Assembly (NCBI RefSeq): GCF_006345805.1
Contig: NC_042998.1
Span: 171,120,001-171,184,000 of the forward strand
Source: Octopus sinensis
Lineage: Eukaryota
Length of the DNA: 64,000 nt
Direction of reading: 5' to 3'
Below, in pieces: positions 36,875-49,734 of the stretch (within the stretch, counting starts at the first letter, position 1; each line of letters begins with the position of its first letter). Below the pieces are notes generated by a model. That model had not been told where the DNA came from. It was given only the letters and a program-made list of their open reading frames with translations, and did not search any database. A program made the translations under genes and the position numbers.

Positions 36875-36905
36875 ATGTATGTATGTGTGTGTGTGTATGT
36901 ATGTA
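36740..36905. repeat. (TATG)n/(TG)n microsatellite
   Basis: Directly visible. Confidence 0.97.
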
Positions 36906-36913
36906 CATACGTA

Positions 36914-37557
36914 GGATCTTTTCCTTTTGAACGGCAGACGATTTCTAGTTAACTAAACACTTTAAAACTTCGTATACTGGTAGAATGTGTCAAAATAAAA
37001 CATTTTTTTATCTTGGCTTTCTTGAGAAAATTGTAATTTGTTTGTTTAACGTAGTTTAATTTTTCGAATTTTAACCAATTAACCAATTTAGCTCTCTTTT
37101 GAGCTAAAATCATTTGCTGCGTCTAAAACTGAGACAGCATCCTGTCACTAACCCTAACCTCAACCCTAACCCTAACCCTAAATCTTTTTTTCTTAATTGT
37201 TAAATTAATTTAATTGTTACGCGTGTAAAAAAAACTAAAGCAATGGAATTAAATTAATTTAACAATTAAGAAAAAATATTAGGGTTAGGGTCAGAGGGGA
37301 GGTTTAGGTTTAGTTACAGGATGTTGTCTCAGTTTTAGACGCAGTAAATGATTTTAGTTGAATGGAGATAATCGATTGGTTAAAATTGCCGAAATACTCG
37401 GATTTTCAGACAAAATATCTTACAAACTATAGAATTTTATCAATAAAACCAGGAGAAAATGATGTTTTATAAATACCTTCTACCAGTATACGAAGTTTAA
37501 AAGTGTTTAGTTAACTAGAAACTGTGTTGACATCTGCCGTTCAAAAGGAAAAGATCC
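36914..37557. mobile_element. GG-ended MITE (Merlin-like), near-complete fold-back with internal CCCTAA and TTAGGG tracts
   Basis: TIR GGATCTTTTCCTTTTGAACGGCAGA; 8-bp TSD CATACGTA at 36906-36913 and 37558-37565. Confidence 0.85.
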
Positions 37558-38419
37558 CATACGTACGTACGTCTGCACGTATGTATGTATTTGTAATGCA
37601 ATATATAGATGCTTGGAATCCTGTGGCAATCACAGAAAGCTCCTCTAGTGGACCGGCTACCATACCACTTTAATACAGATGTGTATGTAGAGTTCTATGC
37701 AGCTGAAATCCAGTAGATCCGATCTATTAAATTATTGCATGAGGAATATATAGAGCATAAAAGGTCAGACGGTATGAGAGATGAATGTACTTATTTAGCC
37801 ACTTGATATCCGAAATAAATATATTCACCTCTCATATCTCCTTACTTTTTATGGTCTATGTATGTATGTTCCCTTTCTCTTTTTAATTTAGAGTAAACTT
37901 TGACCAGCCACCTACATGGTAGGAAGGTTAGGAAGGAAAGCATCTTGTTTTGTTCACCGTCCTTTGAATCTTAAGGACGTCTTGCAGATTTTATAGTCCC
38001 TGATATCGCGATCATTTGTTGATCCACTAATAAGGTATGAAGCTGAAAGCGTATCTTGGGTACTGAACTCCACTTTAGTATTATTACAAGTTAGTGCCCA
38101 TCCAGAATATTATGAAGCAACTGGCGACTAGCCTGTTGAAAACACATTCAAGTATGTTCATTCAAGGAATACAACCTTTTTTTTTCTATATTCTGCATAA
38201 TGTGGATTTATTTGAAAAATGTATATTTATGTAAGGAAAATAACTTTACAAAACTAACCATGAGGTTTCTCTTTTCTATCATTAATATGCATGGCAGGAG
38301 CTGATTATATTTGACTATCCATTGGCAACTGGAATCCGAAAGGGCGAGCTGTGTTTGAAAACCTTCTAAATTCATAGTAGCTGTGGACTTAGCGAAAGGT
38401 TATCATATAAAAATAAATA

Positions 38420-38928
38420 CCGTAAATCTTCGAGTATAGTCCGCCCTTGAGTATAATACGCAGGAGATTTTTAGGGGGCTGTACCTCTGAAAAACCTAAA
38501 CTTTGTGTATAATACGCACGCCTTCTCTAACTTGAGTCGTGCAGCACCTAGTCGAGCAAACACTTCCGCGCATGCGTAATACAATAATCGTGATGTTCTT
38601 AACTGTTATATGGGAATGTAAATATGTTTGCAAATTGTTTTTGTTACAATGCTATTCTGTGTTCTGAATACTTTTATTTTAATAAATGTTGCTTACTGCA
38701 AGTTATGGATGATTCTTTTATGACTTCATTGCTTTCAGGCTTAGCTTAAGGTATTTTCGCGCCCGACATCACAAAATGCGTCTGAATAAACATTACCGGA
38801 CAATAAATAGAGACTCGGACGTTGCTTAGAAAATATTTTTCATTTTTAACCTCGTATATAGTACGCACTAGGGATTTTGACATTTAAATTTGGGGGGGGG
38901 GATGCGGATTATACTCGAGGATTTACGG
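38420..38928. mobile_element. Tc1/mariner-pogo type MITE
   Basis: TA|CCGTAAATCTTCGAGTATA ... TATACTCGAGGATTTACGG|TA. Confidence 0.85.
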
Positions 38929-39264
38929 TATTAATCATTACTTCACATATTGAGTACTATATTTAGTTTGTAGTCCTTGTTATTAAGAATAATCATATCC
39001 TATGTATGTATGTATGTATGTATGTATGTGTGTGTGTGTGTGCATGTATATTGTTTGAGAGAGTATGTGTGCACCTGCGTGTGTGCGTCTGTTTTTGTAA
39101 TAATCAACGATTTTTATACACATTTGACATCCTGTCTGAGTTGAACTTTGACCTTTTTTAGTTGACAACAAACAACAAAACACCAAAGACACGTGTCAGT
39201 TGTGTCAAGTGACTGGACATTGTTTTTGAACTCTTTATTTTTGCCTATGCAATGCAATCTCTTC

Positions 39265-39319
<55 letters not shown>

Positions 39320-39497
39320 CCTTTCTGTTATAGGCACAAGGACTGAAATTTTGTGGGTGGGGTCTAGTCGATTACATCTACCTCAGTACTCGATTGGTAC
39401 TTATTTTACCGATTCCGAAAGGATGAAAGGCAAAGTCGACCTCGGTGGAATTTGAACTCAGACTTTTGCCCGGCGTGCTAACAATTGTGCCAGCTCA
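39320..39497 (-). mobile_element. Family A SINE with (AAT)n tail
   Basis: gagctggcacaattgttagcacgccggg...ctgagttcaaattccaccgaggtcgactttgcc on minus; (AAT)n at 39266-39319. Confidence 0.8.
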
Positions 39498-39559
39498 GGG
39501 TGACGGGTGAGGGAATGTACAAAGACATATATAAGATGTGGAGATTCACATAGAATAAA

Positions 39560-39875
39560 GCGAAAATGGCACAAGTGAATGGACCTGTTTTAACCATGCA
39601 CCTTTAAGCTGAAAATTTTGAAGGAGAGAGGAACACTTACTAGCAAGTGTTTCTCTCTCTCCTCCGTAATTTTCAGCCTAGAGGTGCATGGTTAAAATAG
39701 GCCCATTCTTACTTCATTCATCCACCTTTACACAAATTTACTGGGGACCAGAGAAGCATTTCTCGATCCACCCTCACTTTCCTGCCCAAGTGGAACTTGA
39801 AAAAAAATTGATGCGTCCTTGGCCGAAAAGCAAAGTGTCTCATCTTTGGTCCTTTCAGTCGTGTCTACTACACAA
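39560..39875. mobile_element. Two tail-to-tail Tx1/L1 ORF2 C-terminal fragments forming a palindrome
   Basis: Plus strand AKMAQVNGPVLTMHL*, minus strand ..NGPILTMHL*; both homologous to the ORF ending at 40441. Confidence 0.7.
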
Positions 39876-40031
39876 CCTCTTTTGCTTGTAGCTCTGGGGG
39901 AAATTTCATCGACTTCGAAAGGATGAAAGACAAAGCTAACATCGGTGTGATTTAAACTCAGAACGTGAAGAGGTCGAAGAAATGCCACGAGGCATTTTGT
40001 CTGACTCGCAAACGATTCGGGGAGTTTGCCA

Positions 40032-40051
40032 TACTACTACTACTACTACTG

Positions 40052-40091
<40 letters not shown>

Positions 40092-40104
40092 ACTACTACT
40101 ACTA

Positions 40105-40157
<53 letters not shown>

Positions 40158-40190
40158 ATAATAATAATAATAATAATATAATAATAAATT
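40032..40190. repeat. Compound (TAC)(TGC)(TAC)(AAT) microsatellite
   Basis: Directly visible; abuts the 3' end of the Tx1-like element. Confidence 0.97.
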
Positions 40191-40905
40191 CTGGTTTTAT
40201 TGGCCACCAGGGCTAATATAAATCAAAACATGTAAGGACAAACACAGGACGATAAAAACAAAGGGTTTTGCGAGAAAAAAAAAAGGGTCCGTGTAAACAT
40301 ATGATAACAAGAAAAATTTAACAAGTAAAAACTCCCAATAGGGAGAGGCGCTTTGAAAGATTACTCGTGGAAAACCCCATAAAAGCAACGGGAGCCTGGT
40401 CAAACAGGGAAAGAGCCCCTTCTCCTTATACATTCCTTTTTTACAGGTGTAATCTCAGAATTGGTCCGTTCATACTGGCCATTTTAACGACAATCACCCA
40501 CCTTTCAACAAATTTTCTACGAACCAACACTTTTCTCTTTACTCTCACCTTCCTTTTCGAGTGGAACTTGAAAAAGTTGATGAGGCCTTGGCCAAAGAGG
40601 AAAGTGTTTGACTTTAGCCTTTTCAAACGGGTCTACCATACCACCTCTTTCGCTACAGCCACCACACAAATGAAAATTACCTTGCCCTGCCGGTTAAAGG
40701 AGGTCGGCGGGGGGCAATCTTCACTATGGATTCAGCTGGGTGAGATTGGCCACCCTTCTCATCACCTCGTCCCAGTTTTTCTCCGCCTGGAGGTCTGGAC
40801 CGAACCAGACCCCGAGTAGTTTAACGGGACCGTCTGTCCAGCGCCCCACGACGCTGTTGGACGGCATGGACTTGCTCCTCCAGGTGCCCAGTTGCAAGTC
40901 CACCG
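40190..40905 (-). mobile_element. Tx1/L1-clade LINE, 5'-truncated and internally deleted, with 3'UTR
   Basis: PVKLLGVWFGPDLQAEKNWDEVMRRVANLTQ joined directly to ESIVKIAPP..AVAKEVVW*TRLKRLKSNTFLFGQGLINFFKFH..MNGPILRLHL*; AATAAA near 40196-40201. Confidence 0.75.
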
Positions 40906-40999
40906 AATTTTCCGCGTTAATTTTCATACCCTCTCTATGATGTATCACTTGAGGTGGAGATTGTTGTGGATGGTGATGATGATGATGATGATTTCATTT

Positions 41000-41420
41000 T
41001 TTATTTATTTATGTTCCATGAAACAATATCTACCAGTGAGGATTTTGGCTTTGAATCCTCACTTTTCGGTAAAGTTGCGAATAGATCCATTGAACCTCGT
41101 AAAATTCGTCACTCTTATCCACATTTCTGCAAATTTACTAAAAGAAAGGGTTACACTCATCTTCTGGCTACACTCATCTTCTGTTTGAAATAATACTTGA
41201 AGAAACTGGTAAGAAAAACTCGCCCTCAGAATTTTCAAACGTGTTTGCCACAATATCTCTTTAGCTAGAACCACTAAATGGGAAAGGAACTCGCTGCCAT
41301 TTCTTGCCAAAGGAAGATGGAGATCAATATTGTTTACAAACCTATAGATTGTAATCGTTACTTCATTTATAAATGGATTAAATTTGAGACATATTGAGTA
41401 ATCGTAAACTACTGTCATAT
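41000..41420 (-). mobile_element. Another diverged Tx1/L1 ORF2 3' end
   Basis: LVVLAKEILWQTRLKIL...SKFAEMWIRVTNFTRFNGSI is homologous to the 40441-40700 translation; hairpin AGTGAGGATT/AATCCTCACT at 41035-41063. Confidence 0.65.
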
Positions 41421-41873
41421 TTATACAACTTCAAAACTGTTCCCCCCAATCCACTGCTGATATGTTAGTGATTTTTACGATGGATTTGAATGAAAGCTGA
41501 AACCACACAACATGCAATAGCAGTCGTTCGACAGTCTTTCGCATTTCAGCAATAATAGGATATCAACAGAGTTAGTAGATACCATTTTCATCGTTCCCTG
41601 CGCATCTCGGACATCACTTTCATACTTATAGAGTCAGGGCCAGCTGAAGGCTGTCGTTTGGGATTTGTTACGTCTTTGGGAGCATCACATAACGATTGGG
41701 ATTTTCCATATACAAGGGGTAATATGTGAAAATAAGGAATGAAATAAAATATCTTATTCTTCCATTTAATTAATTGTAATAAACACTATATTTCTATTTC
41801 GCTTTTGTATTTGGTTTGTAAGATTCTTGATGTGAATTCGTATATTGAAACAAATTTTGTGGTGTCTCAGGAG

Positions 41874-42133
41874 GGTCACTACGCCAATAATAAACACACG
41901 CGCCTGTTCTATTTCACTTCTATTTTCACAATATTAATCGGAGAAGAGAGGATATGTCATTGATGAGGCCACATATGGCAACGAAGGACTTTGACAAAGT
42001 TGGCTGATTGATTTACCAAACGATTATTCAAGCAACCGATTAGTTAATTGGTTAAATGGTTAACTAATTGACTAATAATAATGAATGAAGTGAAATAGAA
42101 CCAATGCGTGTGTTTATTATTGGCATAATGACC
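41874..42133. mobile_element. MITE with about 45-bp imperfect TIRs
   Basis: GGTCACTACGCCAATAATAAACACACGCGCCTGTTCTATTTCACTTC vs reverse complement of 42087-42133; no TSD match. Confidence 0.65.
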
Positions 42134-42788
42134 AGTACCGCCTTAAAGCATGGACACTCTGGGCAATTGCCCAGGGGCCTCACGGGTCTAGGAATCCAAT
42201 TCTGATCTATGTATGCTGTGGCTAGTTGGCGGTAAATATATACTATAGGGCCTAGTGCATTTGGTTACCAAGTGGCCTATAATGCTACTAAGACGGCTAC
42301 TAATGCTACAAAAGACCCTCCTGAGATACAACAAAGATTTATTTCTACATTTGCAGATTTTACTCCTTGAGAGAAAAACAATTGTACATGTAAGGGCAGC
42401 GAAATTCAGCTTGCATAGGGAACTAGCAACCTTAACAAAAGGTCTATGTAGGGCTTTATCTTGAAACTGATAGTTTCACTTCAGGGAAGAGAAACGTTAA
42501 GCCAAACGCTTTTTAAAATATCATAATCCACACTCTTCTCTGAAAAAGAATCTGCCTGATATATCAGACTTCATCCATCCGGACGGCGCCCAAACTTGTT
42601 TTATTTTATTAATTTATATAAACCTAGGATAAATAAAAGACAGAGATAACAAAAGCTGGAGTTAAAACTTCAACAATTAACTTAGTATATATAATGACTT
42701 CTAAGCTCCGATATTTTATTTCGATCGTTCTTTTTATTTATTGTCTCTGTTTTCATTTCGTTGTATAAAAATTTATTCATAGTGTGTA

Positions 42789-42872
<84 letters not shown>

Positions 42873-43210
42873 ACCCAACACCCAACCGACACAACAAATC
42901 CTTCGACTTTTACATATTAAGCAAATTTTCAAAAGACCATGCATCGTTCAAATATTTTAAAGGTGAAAGGTCACATCTCATTCTGTTTATGAACGATAGA
43001 TTTATTGTAACATATATTTGACAATTCTGTCAGTGACAATTCATTACACGTTACACTACCTTCTGGTTTGACACACACTTCATAACATGTTCATTGCTTT
43101 GATAGTTATGTAGTTTAGCAGCTGACAAATTGTTTCGAAAAATAAAGTCACATAGCAGAATGGGTAAGAGGATCAGACAACAACTTGTGCAAAAAATTAG
43201 TCCTTAGTTT

Positions 43211-43622
43211 GGATCTTTTCGGTTTGAACGGCAGTTTTTTCTAGCGGTGTCATATGAAATTGTCACCCATAATTATGATCCTAGTATCGATCTATTGCAT
43301 TTCAATCTGTTTTAGGGTTAGGGTTAGGGGTGGGGAAGGGTATCTTTTTTCTTCACAAATGTAAATAAACCCAATCTGCTTCTTAAACGAGGGACATATT
43401 CATACGGCACATAATGTTTTCACCTCCATAGACGTCATTGATTGGTTGAAATTGCAGAAATTGAAGAAAAAAACAACAAATATCTTACAACTATAGAATT
43501 TTCTCAATAAAGCCAAGAGAAAAAGATGTTTTATAAACACATTCTACCAGTATACGAAGTTTAAAAGTGTTTAGTTACGTGGGAATTATTTTTAAAAACT
43601 GCCAGTCAAACCGAAAAGATCC
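43211..43622. mobile_element. GG-ended MITE (Merlin-like) subfamily A
   Basis: TIR GGATCTTTTCGGTTTGAACGGCAG; TSD CTTAGTTT at 43203-43210 and 43623-43630; short TTAGGG tract. Confidence 0.9.
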
Positions 43623-44369
43623 CTTAGTTTTATTCTATTTTACCAGGAAGGATGCAGGAGAAAGTCAATATAATAAAAGTAAAATAGTGACTCGCAAAAC
43701 TACTTACTCATTAAATCAATAGTTGGTTGAGTATACCACAAACGTTTACACCTTTAAAGTAAACCTCAGACAGAATCAGTGTGTGTGTTTGTATCAAAGA
43801 TGGACCATCAAATTATAGACGTCCGCAGTATCAGTTTCCTCTATTTTTCTGTGTGTGCACGTACAAGCAGAAAACAGTAAAGATATAACATGGACGACTT
43901 TATGTGCCTATTTTCAATGAAGCCGGTTTTTAACCTAGATCGAAGGTTCCTTCATTAGAATTTCAACATCAACAGGGTATTTGTGCATGTCAGTGTGTGT
44001 GCAAATTTGTATGTTTTGTTTTATGTAGGAAATTATTCTCTATGTATAGTCTCACATTAGGTCTGATCAACAACTTATCATATAAAGCATTCCAACCATG
44101 ATCATCCTGTTTTATGTATATTAGGAATATATTATTCAATGTATCCTTCATTCTGAAGGCTATTGTATGTGTAGTTCGAGGGAGACCAGACAGTTATTTG
44201 TAGAAGTTTAAGCGATCGTTCAATCCTTCTTTTTAAGGTGGTGCACACGCGTACCTAGCCATATAGGCTAGACTATGGATATCGTTTGCAGACTGTAACA
44301 GTTAATTACAGTTAATTAATAAAGTTAATTACAGTTGCCTGCCCAAAACAAGATTTCCACCTTCACAAT

Positions 44370-44580
44370 AGCTGTGTAACTGTAGATCCCGCATCAACTA
44401 CTCGCTGTATAATAGATGCCTTGCAAGAACTGATATCTCTGATGTTGACAGAGCACCAGTTATATCCGGCTAACGGGAAACACTTTCAAGGATAGATTTA
44501 TACAGCACATGGTATCATTGAGAAATTGTCTAAAACGTAAACTTAGTGTCAATTTTATCAGGAATTCTATTTTCTTTTAA
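44370..44580 (+). mobile_element. Penelope-like element Cys-linker and GIY-YIG endonuclease remnant
   Basis: NCRSRINYSLYNRCLAR (CNCR..CPL..CL linker) then, after a frameshift, SYIRLTGNTFKDRFIQHMVSLRN (YIG.T..TFK.R...H). Confidence 0.6.
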
Positions 44581-44941
44581 GCAAATTCACTAGCATTGTA
44601 TTTTTCTAAATAATGTAATCAAATATTTCAAAGCTTAGTGCAGTGGTTAAGCTATCTTTATTTAATTTCCAAGTTCGTACTTGATTGATCTGATTTTAGT
44701 CATATAAATGCAGCTTTAACAAAGTAGAGAAATAAACTGAACTTGAAAGAGCATGGTGACTTACATCTAAAGCTCACTAATCTCCAACCAAATACCAGTA
44801 CCCTTGTTAATGCACATCAAATACATCCATCCTGTTAATGATGTCACCTTTTTTATTGTTTATCAGGGGAAAGCGCAGTTGGCCGGTATGTTAATTTATT
44901 ATCATGCATTTGATCTTAGTATATTATGTACAATATTAGAG

Positions 44942-45330
44942 TAGCAAGTTGGCAGAATCGTTAGCACGACGGGCGAAATGCTTAGCCGTATTTCGGCTAC
45001 CGCTACTTTCTGAGTTCAAATTCCGCCGAGGTCGACTTTGCCTTTCATCCTTTCGGGATCGATTAAATAAGTACCAGTTACGCACTGGGGTCGATGTAAT
45101 TGACTTAATCCGTTTGTCTGTCCTTGTTTGTCCTCTCTGTGTTTAGCTCCTTGTGGGTAGTAAAGAAATAGGTATTTCGTCCGTCATTGTGTTCTGAGTT
45201 CAAATTCCGTCGATGTCGACTTTGCCTTTCATCCTTTCGGGGTCGATAAAATGAGTACCAGTTGCGCACTGGAGTCGATGTAATCCACTCACCCCTCTCC
45301 TCAAATTGCTGACCTTGTGTTAGAATTTTA
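44942..45330 (+). mobile_element. Family A SINE with internally duplicated body
   Basis: Head ttggcagaatcgttagcacgacgggcgaaatgc; ttctgagttcaaattccg..ggtcgactttgcc block occurs twice. Confidence 0.88.
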
Positions 45331-46659
45331 AATCTATATTATATATGATGTTTTCTTTTCCAGATTGATGGAATCGTTAAAGAGTTGGAAAATATTTGAT
45401 CCAGCGCTTTGCGTTCTGAGTTCATATCCCGCCGAGGTACATTCAAATGTACCAGTCAAGTAATGATTCAATGGTATCGACTTATTCCCCTCTTCTCCAA
45501 ATTGCTGGCCTTGTGCCAAAATTTGAAATCGTCATTAACATGAATAACATTTTTATTTTTGTAAATGTCTGGAGTCGATGTAAAGAGAATAACGGACGGG
45601 ATCCTTGACCTAGAAGAATACACTTCTAGAACATTCATAGGTTTTGTGAAAAGAAACATCGCATACCACCCATTCGCGCGCGCGCGTACGGGAGAGAGAG
45701 GGGGAGATTGAGAAAGAGAGTGGGGAGGGTAAGAGATATCGCAGAAATCTATTTTTAATTGACACTTCATTATCTGAAGTACCAACAGGTACATCATTAT
45801 CATTTTCCTTTTCACTCTCTCTTATGACACATTCTTTCCCAAATATAAACATAAACGCACATGTATATACACGAGTGCATATGTACATATACGATCATAA
45901 CCACCCATTCACTACTGCCTCATTATTATATGACCTCGAACGAAATACAATTTAAATAGATAATGGAGAAAGTTGAATTTGATAGAATTTTAGTTTCAGA
46001 CAGAGTTCAGATCTAAATATTCATTAGCATTAGTTATTAAAGTTCAGCGTTTTATCTAACCGACTATTTTTAATTCATAAAAATAGCACTGAAAAATGCA
46101 TTTATTTTATATTTGTCACAACACCTCTTCTCTGATTTTCTATGTTGCAACTTGCACTTAAATAAGAAAGTAAACAAAGAACTCCACTCACAAAGCCTGT
46201 CTCATTAAGAAAACTGATAATTTTCTTTGTTTTGTGATAAGACAAAAATTCGGTCAGTTTTAACTGGTATAACAAGCTATTGGCAATGATCCAACTAAGA
46301 GGGTGAGGGAAGCAGTGAAAGAGCAGAGGTAAAGGCCCTGCAATATGAATGAATAGTAAGAGAGCAGCCTTGACTATTTTCAAGTATGTGTGTGTGTCTG
46401 TGTGCGTGTATGTGTAGGTATGTAAGGAAGCTTGCGTATTATGGGTGGACTTTGTAGTTACGTAAGAATGTAACATTTGAGACCAAGAGATCCTTGAAAC
46501 ATCGCCCAAATGAAAAGAAAAAAAGTATTTATAAACAAACTGCTAGTTACACATACATACACTCCCCCACAGTTTTTTAAATCATAGGATTTGAATAAAA
46601 ACAGAAAATAACGGTCAAATAAGTGGTGAATTTTTTTTGGTAAACCAAATAGATACTGT

Positions 46660-46899
46660 TTAATAGTGTACGTATGTATGCACACACGCATACACACACA
46701 TACACACACACACACACACATATATATAACTATGTATGTATATATATATATATACATATGTATGTATATATATATATGTATACATATATGTATATATATG
46801 TATGCATATATATATGTATGCATATATATATGTATATATAATATATATATATGTATATATGTATGTATATATATATATACTTATATGTATATTTATATG

Positions 46900-46945
<46 letters not shown>

Positions 46946-47098
46946 TGAATATATATATATATATATACAGACACACACACACACATATATATGTATGTGT
47001 ATATATATATACAAATATATATATATATATATATACATATATGAATATATATATATATATATACAGACACACACACACACATATATATGTATGTGTAT

Positions 47099-47130
<32 letters not shown>

Positions 47131-47141
47131 CACATATATAA

Positions 47142-47211
<70 letters not shown>

Positions 47212-47221
47212 ATATATATAT
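46660..47221. repeat. Large (TA)n/(CA)n array with an internal duplicated unit of about 95 bp
   Basis: atacatatatgaatata..cagacacacac..atgtatgtgtatat occurs at about 46937 and 47032. Confidence 0.95.
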
Positions 47222-47703
<482 letters not shown>

Positions 47704-47707
47704 AATC

Positions 47708-47915
47708 TTTTATCTTTTACTTGTTTCATTCATTAGACTGCAGCCATGCTGGGGCACTGCCTTGAATTTTTAGTCGAATGAATCGACTTCAGCATTAATT
47801 CTTTTTTTTTAAAGCCTGGTACACTTATTCTATCGGACTCTTTTACCAAACCGCTAAGTTACGGGGACGCAAACACTCCAACACCGGTTGTCAAGCGGTA
47901 GTGCTGGGACAGAGA
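47708..47915 (-). mobile_element. Family B SINE 3' half
   Basis: tacttgtttcattcattagactgcagccatgctgggg...ccgctaagttacggggacg. Confidence 0.75.
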
Positions 47916-49026
47916 GAGAGAGAGAAGGAGACACACACACATACACACATATATTTCTGTTTTTCGCTTTTAGTTTTAGTCCGAGGACTGCGCCCATGCT
48001 GGGGCACCGCCGTTTACTTTGCTACACTTTCACTAAACATCCCCTGATATGTGACAATTGTTGGATGAGAGAGTTTGACATTGCTGCCCTCATCTGTTTC
48101 TTGCTTTGAGGTAGGTTGCATTGTGCCGATCTTCTTAGTGTAGCTTCGCGGGATCGCCTCGAGTTCTGTCGTTAATTTTACACAGTTTGGTGACCACAGT
48201 TGGGAGCAGTAATCCAGACGGCTGAGGACGAAGGTCCGCCAAAGGACCATCAGGGTTTCTTTTTTTCTCGCTTTGAAAATTTGAAGGATCCATCCAGCGA
48301 AGCGGTCTGCATTTTATTGCCAAACTGGTAATATGCACCTGAAAAGATGCAGTATTACTTTTGTCGATACCCAGGTCACGCACTGATTTTAATTCAGGGA
48401 TTGCAATCCCTCCTGGGCCAGTGTATCCTATCTACTTTTCATTGAGCTTTATGTGTTGGTAATGCAAGTTTTGGAATTTTCCAACATTCCAACTTTCACA
48501 TTATGAATGGAATCTATATTGTTTGTGAAACAGAGATCAAGTATATAGTTTGTCCTGGTTGGTGGGAATGTTATTTGCTCCGTGTATAACTTGTTGGTGA
48601 GGTTGAGCAGGGATTTCACCTGACTTTGCTCATATCGCCTCATTCCTGCTTATTGCAGAAGCCCTTCAGTTTTTCTAAGCCCTGTAAAACAATCCGGAAG
48701 GTTGAGTCTTCAGCCAGGCCTCTCGCGATACCCTTAAAACCAGGAACATGTTATTTTCCTCGGCCTACTTGTATATTGCGTCCAACTGACGTTGTAGATA
48801 CTCAACGTCTCCAGGGTTCTGTATCCTCTGAGAGACTTTTGTATCGGTTGCATAGCTAGCAAGGGTAGCTACTTGAGCAGCTGAAGGCATGTCAGAGAGG
48901 GCCACTATGAATAGCAGCGACCCTAAGGCAGTGCCATATGGAACACCACTCATTATTTGTGTTTCCTTGGAGGTGACCTCATTGACCACCACTACCTGAC
49001 GTTTATATTTTAGAAAGTCATGTAGC

Positions 49027-49194
49027 CACTAACGTAGCCAGAGTGTGTGCCACCCGGGGCTACCCTTCCGTTTGCCGCCTCCGGACCCCACAATTACATA
49101 TTACGTAGAGCAGACCCAAAAGTGCCACCCCTTTAAAAGTACCGCCCGGGGCAGACCGCTCCTATCGCCCCCGCCCCCGCTGGCTACGCTAGTG
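49027..49194. mobile_element. GC-rich hAT-type MITE inserted in the LINE
   Basis: TIR CACTAACGTAGCCAG / CTGGCTACGCTAGTG; 8-bp TSD CATGTAGC at 49019-49026 and 49195-49202. Confidence 0.88.
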
Positions 49195-49734
49195 CATGTA
49201 GCCATTCTCCAAGTTTTCCAACTATGCCAAGATTACGCATCTTGTAACAAATCATACCATGGTCGACTTTGTCAAAAGCTTCTTCAAAGTCGAGGTATAT
49301 CACGTTCACATTTGAGTTGTTGAGCAGCTGCTTTAACACCCAGTTGTAATGTTGCAAGAGCTGTGCCTGGCAGTTTCTACCTGGTCGGAAACCGTGCAAG
49401 TCATTCTCTTCAAGGGTTGCAATTAATTTCCTTCGGACTATTCGTTTCACGACTTTGCTGATGTGTGAAGTTAGAGATATGCCTATAGTTTTTAGCATTT
49501 GCTCTATTTCTTCCTTTATGGATAGGGCATATTTCCTCCTTTAGTTTGTCTGGGAGCTTACCATTCGTGAGGAAGTTCTGAAAAAGAAACTGTAATACTT
49601 TTGCAAAGATTCATTTGCATGACTCGAGAAGTATTGCTGGGAATCCATCGGGGCCAGCAGCTGAGTTTGCATCTACATCATCTATTGCCAGTATTACATC
49701 CTCTTCTTCGATATTGATGTAATCAATTGTTACT

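Noticed and set aside
41500-41700. GC-richer stretch as an unannotated exon
   Set aside because: No long open frame with credible splice sites or a recognisable motif on either strand
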